A stretch of 56,914 bases of DNA from the NCBI GenBank assembly GCA_964566925.1, contig CAZMIZ010000006.1, positions 1 to 56,914 of the forward strand. The letters run 5' to 3'. The stretch is from an uncultured Gammaproteobacteria bacterium. GTDB lineage: Bacteria; Patescibacteriota; Microgenomatia; PFEM01; DATLAM01. A program made the translations under genes and the position numbers. Shown here in pieces: positions 45,162 through 53,890 of this stretch (its first letter is position 1; the number at the start of each line of letters is the position of its first letter). The notes beneath the pieces are model-generated. The model saw only the letters and a program-made list of their open reading frames with translations, searched no databases and was not told the origin of the DNA.

Positions 45162-45695
45162 CTACTCCTCCATTGCTCCCTGCATCAGCTCTTCTATGTC
45201 TAAAAAGTTGACGCTGGCGGGAGGATCAAATTTTGAGTCAGAGAAAACCGCTGGTGCACAGCGATACTCGGCGTCAGTAGGCACGGAGGCCTGACTTTCT
45301 TCGGCATATTCCTCATCCATTTCCCAAAAATCTTCCTCAAAACAAGTCTTAATTCCTTGGGCTTCCCCTTCGGTCCAGCTCCAAAGACAATTGTCTTTAA
45401 TAATCACGTATCCCTGTTTGCCCTCCGTGGTTACTTCGCCATACATTTTTTTACCTTGGATATAGCTTGTGCCCGAGGTGCCACCTTGAGTGTAAGTACA
45501 TTTCATCGGCGCACCTAGAGTCATCGCATCTTTGATTTTCCCCACAAACTCTCCGCCCGCCTCCCCAGCTTCTTTAGTGATCTCTGCTCCCGGAACCGGT
45601 AAAGAAACTTCGCCTTTACCTAGAAAGTTCCAGGCAATAAAACCGATACCTACCACGACGACCGCTATCACAATAATCGGTAATCCTTTTTTCAA
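45162..45695 (-). CDS. Membrane-anchored hypothetical protein
   Basis: N-terminal TM; two Cys pairs. Confidence 0.7.
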   Translation of the reverse strand: MKKGLPIIVIAVVVVGIGFIAWNFLGKGEVSLPVPGAEITKEAGEAGGEFVGKIKDAMTLGAPMKCTYTQGGTSGTSYIQGKKMYGEVTTEGKQGYVIIKDNCLWSWTEGEAQGIKTCFEEDFWEMDEEYAEESQASVPTDAEYRCAPAVFSDSKFDPPASVNFLDIEELMQGAMEE

Positions 45696-45715
45696 GTTTT
45701 CTCACCCCCTTTCTT

Positions 45716-45742
45716 TGCCCTCCGTAACTTTAGTGGAGGGGG
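45716..45742. repeat. Intergenic REP-like palindrome
   Basis: TGCCCTCC-GTAACTTTAGT-GGAGGGGG; same layout as 22892-22925. Confidence 0.55.
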
Positions 45743-45751
45743 GTTTAAAAT

Positions 45752-46384
45752 TTATTCAATTACTTCCTCGACTTCCCAAATAACACCACTGCCAGCCGGC
45801 GCTCCTCCGCCGTCCGCAGGTTCAGCCACTTCTTCGCCTTCAATCGGGATAAAAGCAAAACTCTCTAGAATCTGGTCAAAAACTTCCAGCCAAAAGTCTT
45901 CTCCTTCAGGTTCCATTTCCAACAAAACCAGGGCATCCACATCAATCGCTGCTACCACCAGTTTTTCCGGATCAGAATAAGCAATTTTCTTGGCTGATTC
46001 TTCGCCTAATTGAGTATCTAAAATCTGGCCGCCAGGAGAAGCTTCTTCGTCAACCCAAGAATCGATATCTTGATAATCAGTCTCTTTAGCCCAAATCAAA
46101 ATCTTACCGGAATGATCAGTAGAAGTTAATTCAAGATGGGCATAATTTTCGGTGTCTTCTTCATGAGGATCAATTTCGACCTCTTCAGGATATAAAAAGC
46201 TAAAGCCTGCCTGATCCTCCCAGGCAAGAGCTTCTGCCTCTTCTGTTTGCTCGCCAATCGGAGTCACTAACGGCCCTATTTTTTTGAAGCGCCAAACCAA
46301 AATTGCCCCACCCACCACCAAAACAACGATAATTAAGCCGATTCCTATCAACTTTTTGTCTATAGGCGGCAATTTAAAATTCAT
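45752..46384 (-). CDS. Membrane-anchored hypothetical protein (PsbP-like)
   Basis: N-terminal TM; GFSFLYPEE...FDQILESFAF pattern. Confidence 0.6.
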   Translation of the reverse strand: MNFKLPPIDKKLIGIGLIIVVLVVGGAILVWRFKKIGPLVTPIGEQTEEAEALAWEDQAGFSFLYPEEVEIDPHEEDTENYAHLELTSTDHSGKILIWAKETDYQDIDSWVDEEASPGGQILDTQLGEESAKKIAYSDPEKLVVAAIDVDALVLLEMEPEGEDFWLEVFDQILESFAFIPIEGEEVAEPADGGGAPAGSGVIWEVEEVIE

Positions 46385-46487
46385 TATTCTCTCTATTAAA
46401 TTAAACGGCTACCCCTATCCTAACTTTCTTGACAAACGAATGTCAAATAACTAGAGTGGATAGTGAAAGTAATTAAGTAATTAATTA

Positions 46488-46919
46488 ATGAAAAAACTGT
46501 TGATCATTGGCCTTCCCCTCTTATTACTTCTTTCTCCTTTTAATTGGGTTTTGGCGGCCAAAAAGAGGCCACCCAGAAGTAGTGGGGAAGGTGCTCCAGT
46601 CCGGGCTTACTACACTCGTGGAGTCCGGGCTTCAATTCGCTTTCGGCCTGATCGACTTGGCTTGCTAGTTAATTTCTCTGGCTTTAGTAATATTGCTTCG
46701 GTCACCTATTCACTCACTTATACTGCCAATGGTATTCCCCAGGGTGTCTCCGGCACGGTTACCGCGGCCACGGCTGGCGAGCAAAGAGAAATTTTGTTCG
46801 GTACCTGCTCAGGTGGAATCTGCCGCTACCATACCAATATCACCAACGCCCGCCTGATTATTGATTCTAAGCTTTATTCGGGCACAATCATCCGCAAACC
46901 CTACCGGATTAAAGTTTGA
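46488..46919 (+). CDS. Secreted basic hypothetical protein
   Basis: Signal peptide; SVTYSLTY...GTCSGGICRYH. Confidence 0.65.
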   Translation: MKKLLIIGLPLLLLLSPFNWVLAAKKRPPRSSGEGAPVRAYYTRGVRASIRFRPDRLGLLVNFSGFSNIASVTYSLTYTANGIPQGVSGTVTAATAGEQREILFGTCSGGICRYHTNITNARLIIDSKLYSGTIIRKPYRIKV

Positions 46920-46934
46920 TTAAATGCTTGTAAC

Positions 46935-46963
46935 TAAAGACCTAAGACTCAATACTTGCGACT
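46935..46963 (+). repeat. Degenerate heptamer array upstream of the second four-helix gene
   Basis: TAAAGACC TAAGACT CAATACT TGCGACT. Confidence 0.6.
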
Positions 46964-46975
46964 AGATAGTGAAAG

Positions 46976-47338
46976 ATGGGGTTTCGGTTTCAGAAGTTTC
47001 CAATTTATAAAGAATTACGTTTATTTGTAAAGGAAATCTATCGCCTTTCCAGGACTTTTCCAAAATCTGAACAATTCGAATTGGGCGCCCAATTAAGGAG
47101 ATCGGCCTCATCAATTCTTCTTAATATTGCTGAAGGCTCTGCCAAAAAGTCTGATGCAGACTTTAATCGCTTTGTTCTCATTGCCATAGGTTCTCTGACA
47201 GAAATAGCTGCCATTCTGGACATTTCTCTAGATCAAAAATACATCACCATTAAGATTCACGGAGAATATATTAAGAGGTGTCAAAGCTTTGCCCGCCGCC
47301 TTTACGGCTTTAGCAGAAAATTGACAAAAAACGGCTAA
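46976..47338 (+). CDS. Four-helix-bundle protein (23S rRNA intervening-sequence protein / Avd-like)
   Basis: FQKFPIYK, FPKSEQFELGAQLRRSASSILLNIAEGS, F..IAIGSLTE. Confidence 0.93.
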   Translation: MGFRFQKFPIYKELRLFVKEIYRLSRTFPKSEQFELGAQLRRSASSILLNIAEGSAKKSDADFNRFVLIAIGSLTEIAAILDISLDQKYITIKIHGEYIKRCQSFARRLYGFSRKLTKNG

Positions 47339-47366
47339 AATTATAAAATTACCCTATATTCCCATT

Positions 47367-47396
47367 CGTATTTTGTATTAAGTATTAGGTATTAAG
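47367..47396 (+). repeat. Heptamer array downstream of the second four-helix gene, inverted relative to 46935-46963
   Basis: CGTATTT TGTATTA AGTATTA GGTATTA. Confidence 0.8.
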
Positions 47397-47403
47397 CAAT
47401 ATT

Positions 47404-47577
47404 ATGGCAAAGAAGGGTCCAAGGCAAATTTTAGCTTTAGTTTGTACGGCTTGCAAAAGCCAAAATTATGTTACGGAAAGAAATAAGGTTAATACGCCTG
47501 AGAAGCTGGTTTTGAAAAAATTCTGTCGAAGATGTAGGCGCGTAACCGAGCATAAAGAAACAAGCAAGCTTAAATAA
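47404..47577 (+). CDS. rpmG: 50S ribosomal protein L33, zinc-ribbon type (57 aa; absent from ORF track)
   Basis: Manual translation: MAKKGPRQILALVCTACKSQNYVTERNKVNTPEKLVLKKFCRRCRRVTEHKETSKLK*. Confidence 0.95.
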   Translation: MAKKGPRQILALVCTACKSQNYVTERNKVNTPEKLVLKKFCRRCRRVTEHKETSKLK

Positions 47578-47663
47578 GCCTATATCGGAGATCCTGCTAA
47601 ATCGCTCCTTGAGCCGTGTACGAATAGTACTGAAAAGGCGAAAGGTAAGATTATGTAGGGCAA
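47578..47663 (+). other. Putative 5' fragment (P3-P4-P5abc-like) of a group I intron
   Basis: GCCTATATCGGAGA start; TCCTGC/GTAGGG and TCGCT/GGCGA helices, GTAC-GAATA-GTAC hairpin, TGAAAA bulge, ends GGGCAA; no P7/P8 seen. Confidence 0.45.
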
Positions 47664-47712
47664 AAGGTGTCGCAAAGTAACCGAACACAAGGAAACGAGT
47701 AAATTAAAGTGA
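47662..47712 (+). pseudogene. Duplicate of the rpmG 3' end (KRCRKVTEHKETSKLK*)
   Basis: 14 of 16 residues identical to the L33 C-terminus; in-frame TAG at 47656-47658 precedes it. Confidence 0.88.
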
Positions 47713-47715
47713 TTT

Positions 47716-47788
47716 AGGCGAGTAGCTCAGCTGGTAGAGCACCGGTCTCCAAAACCGGCGGTCGGGGGTTCGATTCCCTCCTCGCCTG
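47716..47788 (+). tRNA. tRNA-Trp(CCA)
   Basis: AGGCGAG/CTCGCCT, CCGGT-CTCCAAA-ACCGG, G73. Confidence 0.96.
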
Positions 47789-47906
47789 CAAAACACCCTA
47801 TAATATTGAATCCTCCCCTCTCTTAAGATATAATTCTCCTGTTTAAATCAAGCTTTTCTGAAAAGACCCTTGCTTTTCTGGGAAACATCATTTTATTATA
47901 GTCTTA

Positions 47907-49259
47907 ATGCAGCTTTCTGTGCCTTTAAAGCTGATCTTAGCCTTGGTTCTGGGTGCAGTGATCGGCCTGGAAAGAGAATCTCATGAGAAGAAAAAACAGT
48001 CGCGGAAAGAAGCTCTTGGCACCATAGGCGTCAGAACTTTCTCCTTGATCACCGCTCTGGGGGCCATTGCCGGCCTCTTAAGAGAAGATTACTTCAGTCT
48101 TTTTCTGTTAATCAACGCCACTTTCATGGCTCTGTTAATCGCCTACTATACTCTCCAGAGCTTGCTGACTAAAGACCAAGGGATCACCACCGAAATTGCC
48201 ATCATCTTCAGTTATTTAATTGGATTGCTTATCATCTTGGAGATCTTTCCGATCCAACTGGTTTTAGCAATCACCATTGTTCTCGTCCTGATTCTAGCCC
48301 GAAAAGGAGAAATTAAGGCGCTGGTGGCCGGGATTAAGAGAAGCGAAATCAATGCCTTTATTAGCTACGCGATTATCGCTTTGGTTATTCTCCCTTTCCT
48401 GCCCAACCAATCATTCTTCCTGGCGGACATTCCCAACCTAGAGATGATTTTAAGTCCCTACGGGATCGATCTTGGTAAACTATCCCAAATCGAAATCATC
48501 AATCCCTTCTGGCTCTGGTTGATTGTCGCTTTAATTACTGGGGTGGAGATGCTTGGCTACCTCCTGGAGCGAACCGTTGGCCAAAAAAAAGGGTGGCTCT
48601 TAACCAGTATTGCCGGCGGCTTTATTTCCTCCACCGCCACTACCCAATCCTTAGCCCAACAGAGCCAAAAAGGCAAAATGGTCAACCTCTTGGTGGCTGC
48701 TGCCCTTTTTGCTAATCTAGCTTCCTTTTTCCAGGTCTTTATCTTTATTGCTCCAATTAACAGCCTTTTCTTAGTGAAAGTCACCCCCTTAATTTTGGCT
48801 ATTGTTCTCAGCGCTCTTTTAATGGGCTTGTTTTTCTTAAAGATTAAAGGAAGTTCAGATGAAGAAGATCTGCCGGCCACCAAAGAACGCTTAAAAAGAG
48901 AACAAATCTTTGCCCTTGGCCCGGCTTTAAAGTTCGCTTCTATCTTCTTGATAATTAGGATCGCTACCAAAATCTCTTTAGCTCTTTTCGGCAGCGGCGG
49001 ATTTTTAGCCACTGCGGTCATCGCCTCCGTCCCCGGAATTGATGCCGTGACCATTAACTTAGCGGAAATGGCTGGAAAAACAATTAATTTTCAAACTGGG
49101 GTTTTGGCTCTAATTCTGGTTAATGCGGCTAATCTTTTAAGTAAGGTCATCTACAGCTTTGTTCAAGGGAAACGGGAGTTTGCCCTTAAATTTGCCGCCA
49201 GCGTGGCGGTAATGATCCTCGCCAGCCTCTTAGGCCTCCTCCCCTTCTATAGCCTCTAA
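47907..49259 (+). CDS. MgtC/SapB + DUF4010 membrane protein
   Basis: LGAVIGLERE, GVRTFSL, GITTE, GGFISSTATT. Confidence 0.88.
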   Translation: MQLSVPLKLILALVLGAVIGLERESHEKKKQSRKEALGTIGVRTFSLITALGAIAGLLREDYFSLFLLINATFMALLIAYYTLQSLLTKDQGITTEIAIIFSYLIGLLIILEIFPIQLVLAITIVLVLILARKGEIKALVAGIKRSEINAFISYAIIALVILPFLPNQSFFLADIPNLEMILSPYGIDLGKLSQIEIINPFWLWLIVALITGVEMLGYLLERTVGQKKGWLLTSIAGGFISSTATTQSLAQQSQKGKMVNLLVAAALFANLASFFQVFIFIAPINSLFLVKVTPLILAIVLSALLMGLFFLKIKGSSDEEDLPATKERLKREQIFALGPALKFASIFLIIRIATKISLALFGSGGFLATAVIASVPGIDAVTINLAEMAGKTINFQTGVLALILVNAANLLSKVIYSFVQGKREFALKFAASVAVMILASLLGLLPFYSL

Positions 49260-50128
49260 GGCTGCGCCCACTCGGACCATAAGTTTCTTACCTCTTCAAA
49301 CTGGATTTTTCTTGCTTCCCTTTCGCTTGTCTCATAATTTTGGAAAACTGAATCAGGCATCCCCCAGAAAGCGCTGGAAATAAGGACCTTTCTGCCAGTT
49401 AAATACTCAAGGACTGGCGGGTAAATCCTTGCGTGTTCCATTAAAGCCGACACCTGATTTGATAAGACATCGGCTGTTAGCCACCGGAGTCGGAGAGATA
49501 AATCGACCTGGACTTCATCCTCGGCTTGCCTGCTAATTTGCCAGGCTTCTAAACCGGTCTCTAGGTAACCCAATCTCTCAATTGCATTAAAGGCTCGGCC
49601 CAATTTTGAATCAGGCATGGAAACCACTTTAAACGCTCGCTTTAATAGTTTCCGAAGAATTGGACTCTCGGGAAAAAGTTCTCTAATTATTTCTTGTTGA
49701 GAGATTAATTCTAACCTTTCATTCTCTGGGGTTTTCCTCCCGTAAGGGGCATCACCAGCGACCGCTTCGCCCCAATCATGCTCCAGACCAGCCAAACAAA
49801 GAATCACTTTGTCTTCAGGCGAAAACCGGGCTTCTTCTGGAACATTGCCTACCCAAAGCGGAAAAGGGTCAGCACAAGCAGAGATAAACCTCTGGACTTG
49901 TACAAGCGTTAGTTTTAAATGTTCAAGCCCATTAATATCCGGCCCAAGCAAATTCTGCCATTCATCATCCTCAACCCCGTCTGGTTTGTACCGACTGTAT
50001 CGGCAGATTCCAGCTAGCGACTGACCGTAGGTCGAAGCCGCAAGTTGGTCGTGGATCTCTTCAAAGGAAAAGGGCCTCTCTTCTTCGATCACCACCCCGG
50101 TGGGACGATCAATTTCTTGCATAGTCAA
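49256..50128 (-). CDS. HD-domain protein (YfbR/5'-deoxynucleotidase-like motif)
   Basis: LEHL...EHDWGEAVAGDAPY. Confidence 0.55.
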   Translation of the reverse strand: MTMQEIDRPTGVVIEEERPFSFEEIHDQLAASTYGQSLAGICRYSRYKPDGVEDDEWQNLLGPDINGLEHLKLTLVQVQRFISACADPFPLWVGNVPEEARFSPEDKVILCLAGLEHDWGEAVAGDAPYGRKTPENERLELISQQEIIRELFPESPILRKLLKRAFKVVSMPDSKLGRAFNAIERLGYLETGLEAWQISRQAEDEVQVDLSLRLRWLTADVLSNQVSALMEHARIYPPVLEYLTGRKVLISSAFWGMPDSVFQNYETSEREARKIQFEEVRNLWSEWAQP

Positions 50129-50188
50129 TCATTATATTATAAGTATCCGTTTGGACTTAAACAGGCAGGAGATAAAAACTGATCGGCT

Positions 50189-50467
50189 TTAAACCAAGAC
50201 CAAAAAGGAAAAGGCCAAGAGGATCAGTAAGGCGCCAAAGCCGATACTAATAGCCGTTGGTTCAAAAAACCCCGTGGCGGGGATGGTGGGCGTCGCCGTG
50301 GCCGTAGCGGTGGAGGTTGGGGTTACGGTGGCCGTAGGTGTATTGGTGGGAGTCGACGTGGTGGTCGGCGTCGGGGTAGAAGTTACCGCCTGAACTAAAT
50401 TTACTTGAACAAACAAACAAAAGAAAGAAAGAAAAAGGAAAATTAATAAAACTTTAAAGGGCTTCAT
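50189..50467 (-). CDS. Small Thr/Pro-rich exported protein with IPATG + hydrophobic tail
   Basis: Signal peptide, (TPT/TAT)n, LPxTG-like motif. Confidence 0.65.
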   Translation of the reverse strand: MKPFKVLLIFLFLSFFCLFVQVNLVQAVTSTPTPTTTSTPTNTPTATVTPTSTATATATPTIPATGFFEPTAISIGFGALLILLAFSFLVLV

Positions 50468-50549
50468 CCTTATTTGAGTTTAAAGCATTTTCAAGAACTT
50501 TGTCAACCCTTTGACAAATTTGAGCCTTTATTATATAATCGCCCCATCA

Positions 50550-51446
50550 ATGAAGCGGGTTAAGTTATTAGTCTTTCTCCTGCCCGCCCTCATTCTTCTT
50601 TTCTGCCCTAGAAGTGTTCTCGCGGATTCAAAAACCTTTGATACGGTCAAAGACACCTACGCCAACCAGGCCTATCCAGACCAAAATAGAGGAACTCTAG
50701 GGAGCGTTATCGTTAGTAATAAATACACCACCCGCCTCGGCTATCTTCAGTTTGAAGACCTTGACTTGCCTGAAGGGGCAATTTTTGATCAGGCCGTTAT
50801 CAACTTCTCCCTCTCCGAGGTCCATTACAGTGATCGGGCTAAAGTCAATATTGGCCCAATCAGTGGGAATTGGGAAGAAACCACCGTTACTTGGAACAAT
50901 AAGCCTACCATTAACCAGGCTGAGGCGATTGAGGCGGAATTCTCTTTAACCGCCACAGGCTGGAGACAGGTTGATATTAGCCCGGTAGTCCGACGCTGGA
51001 TCGAGGGGACAACTGAAAATAGGGGTATCTTTATTTATCCTTACGGCTTTCTGTACGGCGGCACCGAAACGGAATACGCCTTCACTCTTAGATCAAAAGA
51101 ATCGGGAACGGAGAGAGCCAATTTAGTCGTCGAATATCATTTCGAGGCCGCGCCCACCTCTTCACCTACACCTGAACCCACGGAGACTCTCGCTCCGGAA
51201 GCCAGTCCGGTTGAGGAAGAAGAAGTCCTTGAAGAAGAAACTCCTACTCCGACGCCTGAAGAAGAAAAAGAGGGCACCGTTTCCGGTCTTTCCACTGGTC
51301 AAATGGCGATTGGCGGCTTAATCCTTCTCTCCTTAGCTGGAGTCGGGATTGCTCTCCTGGTTTACGCCCTGCGCAAACCGAAAAAGAAAGCGGAAGAGAA
51401 GAAAAAAGAGGAAGAACCTCAGAAAGAAACCCCAGAAGAGGCTTAA
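50550..51446 (+). CDS. DNRLRE-domain surface protein with C-terminal TM (start moved to ATG 50550)
   Basis: KDTYANQAYPDQN, YLQF, VTWNNKP, VDISPVVRRW, FTLRSKE. Confidence 0.75.
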   Translation: MKRVKLLVFLLPALILLFCPRSVLADSKTFDTVKDTYANQAYPDQNRGTLGSVIVSNKYTTRLGYLQFEDLDLPEGAIFDQAVINFSLSEVHYSDRAKVNIGPISGNWEETTVTWNNKPTINQAEAIEAEFSLTATGWRQVDISPVVRRWIEGTTENRGIFIYPYGFLYGGTETEYAFTLRSKESGTERANLVVEYHFEAAPTSSPTPEPTETLAPEASPVEEEEVLEEETPTPTPEEEKEGTVSGLSTGQMAIGGLILLSLAGVGIALLVYALRKPKKKAEEKKKEEEPQKETPEEA

Positions 51447-52093
51447 CTAGATCTCTTGTTTCTCCAACTCTCCACGAATCTCTTCCGATGAAACCTAGTC
51501 AAACCACATCTTAATATGGCTTTTCGATGCAGCTTCGTTCCGTAGCCCTTATTCTTCCCCCATCCATAGAGCTTATATTTTGATCTTCTCGCCAAACTGC
51601 GCATGATTTTATCCCGATGAACTTTGGCCAAAATCGAGGCGGCGGCGATTGAAAAAGACCGCTGATCACCGTGTCTAATCCCTTTCTGTCTTGCCTTGCC
51701 TACTCCATGAAGATAGGGGATATAATAATAGTCAATTAAAACAAAATTGGGTAAAAAACCTTTTTTAGCTAAATCACGGATCGTTTTTCTCATCGCTTTC
51801 TCGGTTGCCTTGCCAATCCCGATCCGATTAATAACCCTGACTCCCACTTCAGTCACATCCCAAGTTAAAGCTTTTTTCTTAATCTGGATGGTTAATTGCT
51901 CCCGAAACCTGGGTTTCAAGAGTTTGGAATCATTAATTCCGTCAATCTGAACTATTTCTCTAGGAAAAATGACGGCGCCGACAACCACGGGACCGGCGAA
52001 AGCCCCCCGGCCAACTTCATCAATGCCAGCAATTAATTTAAACCCCTTCTGCCAAAGTTGTTTTTCAAAAGAAAAATTAGGCTGGTTCATCAA
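51443..52093 (-). CDS. rnhB: Ribonuclease HII
   Basis: AGIDEVGRGAFAGPV, INDSK, GDQRSFSIAAASILAKV, NKGYGT. Confidence 0.96.
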   Translation of the reverse strand: MMNQPNFSFEKQLWQKGFKLIAGIDEVGRGAFAGPVVVGAVIFPREIVQIDGINDSKLLKPRFREQLTIQIKKKALTWDVTEVGVRVINRIGIGKATEKAMRKTIRDLAKKGFLPNFVLIDYYYIPYLHGVGKARQKGIRHGDQRSFSIAAASILAKVHRDKIMRSLARRSKYKLYGWGKNKGYGTKLHRKAILRCGLTRFHRKRFVESWRNKRSS

Positions 52094-52965
52094 TCAAGTT
52101 TGAGGCTGCGAAGATATTTTTTGAATTCTTTGCCAAAATCCGGCCGGTCAAGAGCAAACTCAACCATTGCTTCCATGTAGTGCAAAGGGTCGCCAGTCGT
52201 GTGCCAACGACCCTCAATTTTAGCCACGACTGCTTTATGTTTCTTGGCGTAACGAGAAATCGCGTCAGCCAACCACAACTCTCTCCCTTTGCCCAACTTT
52301 CTTTCCGCCAAAATCTCAATCACCTTTTCGTTAAGAATAAACCGGCCAAATTGAGCCAAATTTGAGGGTGCTTCAGAGGGGTCAGGCTTTTCAATGATAT
52401 CGGCAATCCGGGTTTGGTTTCCCTTTTTAAATTTAATGATTCCATAACGGTTAACCTCCTCTTTAGGAACAGCCTGAGTGGCCACCACGACGGCACCAGC
52501 ATTTTCCCGCCAAACCGAAATCAATTGTTTGGTGGCCGGCACCTTACTTTTAACCAAATCGTCTCCAAACATATAAACAAAGCTTTCTCCTTTTTCGATT
52601 AAGTCAGCGGCCACCAAAAGGGGGGCACCGTTACCATAGGGTAAGTCTTTGGTCTGGCGCAAGTAAATAAAATTAGCCAGCTGGGGAATTTTTTTAACTT
52701 TTTTAAGGAGGGCTTTTTTGTTATTAGCCATCAACTGATGTTCAATCTCAAAAGCGGAATCAAAGTGATCTTCAACTGCATGAAGCCCGGCTCGGGTAAC
52801 AATAATAATATCCGTAATTCCGGAATCAACCGCCTCTTCCACCAAATACTGAACAATCGGCTTATCAATAATCGGCAACATCTCTTTTGGTTGGACTTTG
52901 GTGGCCGGCAAAAAACGGGTTCCGTAACCCGCTGCCGCAATGATCGCTTTTTTAATTTTGGGCAT
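52090..52965 (-). CDS. galU: UTP-glucose-1-phosphate uridylyltransferase (start moved to ATG 52965)
   Basis: KAIIAAAGYGTRFLPATK..PKEMLPIIDKP, FGDD, IIEKP. Confidence 0.93.
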   Translation of the reverse strand: MPKIKKAIIAAAGYGTRFLPATKVQPKEMLPIIDKPIVQYLVEEAVDSGITDIIIVTRAGLHAVEDHFDSAFEIEHQLMANNKKALLKKVKKIPQLANFIYLRQTKDLPYGNGAPLLVAADLIEKGESFVYMFGDDLVKSKVPATKQLISVWRENAGAVVVATQAVPKEEVNRYGIIKFKKGNQTRIADIIEKPDPSEAPSNLAQFGRFILNEKVIEILAERKLGKGRELWLADAISRYAKKHKAVVAKIEGRWHTTGDPLHYMEAMVEFALDRPDFGKEFKKYLRSLKLD

Positions 52966-53026
52966 GGCTAAATTTCTTCGTTGAACAATTGTAGCATATG
53001 TGGTAAAATTTGACCAGTAAAACAAA

Positions 53027-53233
53027 ATGGCAAAGCCTGTTTTCGGAAGGCAAAAACCTTTCGTCTTTTTAAAAGAAGTCAAAAACGAATTAGGTAAGGT
53101 CATCTGGCCCACCCGAGCCCAAGCAATCAAGCTGACGGCAATCGTGGTTGGGGTTTCGGTGATCGTCGGTATCTTTATTGGCACTTTAGATTTTCTTTTT
53201 ACAAAGCTAATGGGTATCATCCTGGGAAGATAA
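53027..53233 (+). CDS. secE: Preprotein translocase subunit SecE
   Basis: FLKEVKNELGKVIWPTR + TM; before nusG. Confidence 0.95.
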   Translation: MAKPVFGRQKPFVFLKEVKNELGKVIWPTRAQAIKLTAIVVGVSVIVGIFIGTLDFLFTKLMGIILGR

Positions 53234-53234
53234 A

Positions 53235-53888
53235 ATGACCACTGTTAAAAACCAGAAAAAAACAGCCGTTAAAATAACCAAGAAGCCTAAGAAAAAGGTG
53301 AGAAAGAAGGCTGGACCTCGCCAGCCGGAACCTGGGCACATCATTATCAAAAAAAGCGATGATAAACGGGCTTCATGGTACGTCGTTCATACCTATTCAG
53401 GTCATGAAGCCAAGGTTGCCGAACAACTGAGACAAAGAGTCATTTCAATGGGTTTAGAGGATAAGGTTTCGGAAGTGCTTATCCCTACTCAAGACAAAAT
53501 CCAAATCCGCTCCGGTAAAAAAGAAACGGTTAAGGAAAAAATCTTCCCTGGCTATTTGCTTATCCGGATGGTTTTAACTGATCAATCCTGGCTCACGGTT
53601 CGGACCACTCCGGGGATCACCGGTTTTGTTGGCCTGGGAACCAAGCCAACGCCTCTAGAAACAGAAGAAGTTAAAGCTATCCAGAAATTTTCGGAAATCA
53701 AAGCACCTAAGTTTAAAGCTAAATTTAGCCTGGGCGAAGCGATCAAAATCATTGACGGCCCCTTTGCGGACTTTCTGGGAACAATTGATAAAATTGATGA
53801 AGACAAAGGCAGGTTGAGGGTTCTGGTCTCCATTTTCGGACGAGAAACACCAGTGGAACTAGACTTCCTTCAAGTTTCTAAAATTTAA
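53235..53888 (+). CDS. nusG: Transcription factor NusG with Lys-rich N-terminal extension
   Basis: WYVVHTYSGHE, IFPGY, TPGITGFVG, KOW, VSIFGRETPVEL. Confidence 0.97.
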   Translation: MTTVKNQKKTAVKITKKPKKKVRKKAGPRQPEPGHIIIKKSDDKRASWYVVHTYSGHEAKVAEQLRQRVISMGLEDKVSEVLIPTQDKIQIRSGKKETVKEKIFPGYLLIRMVLTDQSWLTVRTTPGITGFVGLGTKPTPLETEEVKAIQKFSEIKAPKFKAKFSLGEAIKIIDGPFADFLGTIDKIDEDKGRLRVLVSIFGRETPVELDFLQVSKI

Positions 53889-53890
53889 CC

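Noticed and set aside
47716-53026. Prophage or integrative element at tRNA-Trp
   Set aside because: No integrase, no phage genes and no repeated tRNA 3' end; contents are housekeeping-like (rnhB, galU).
52966-53220. N-terminal extension of galU in the ORF track (376 aa)
   Set aside because: It is antisense to secE; the GalU core starts at MPKIKKAII (52965).
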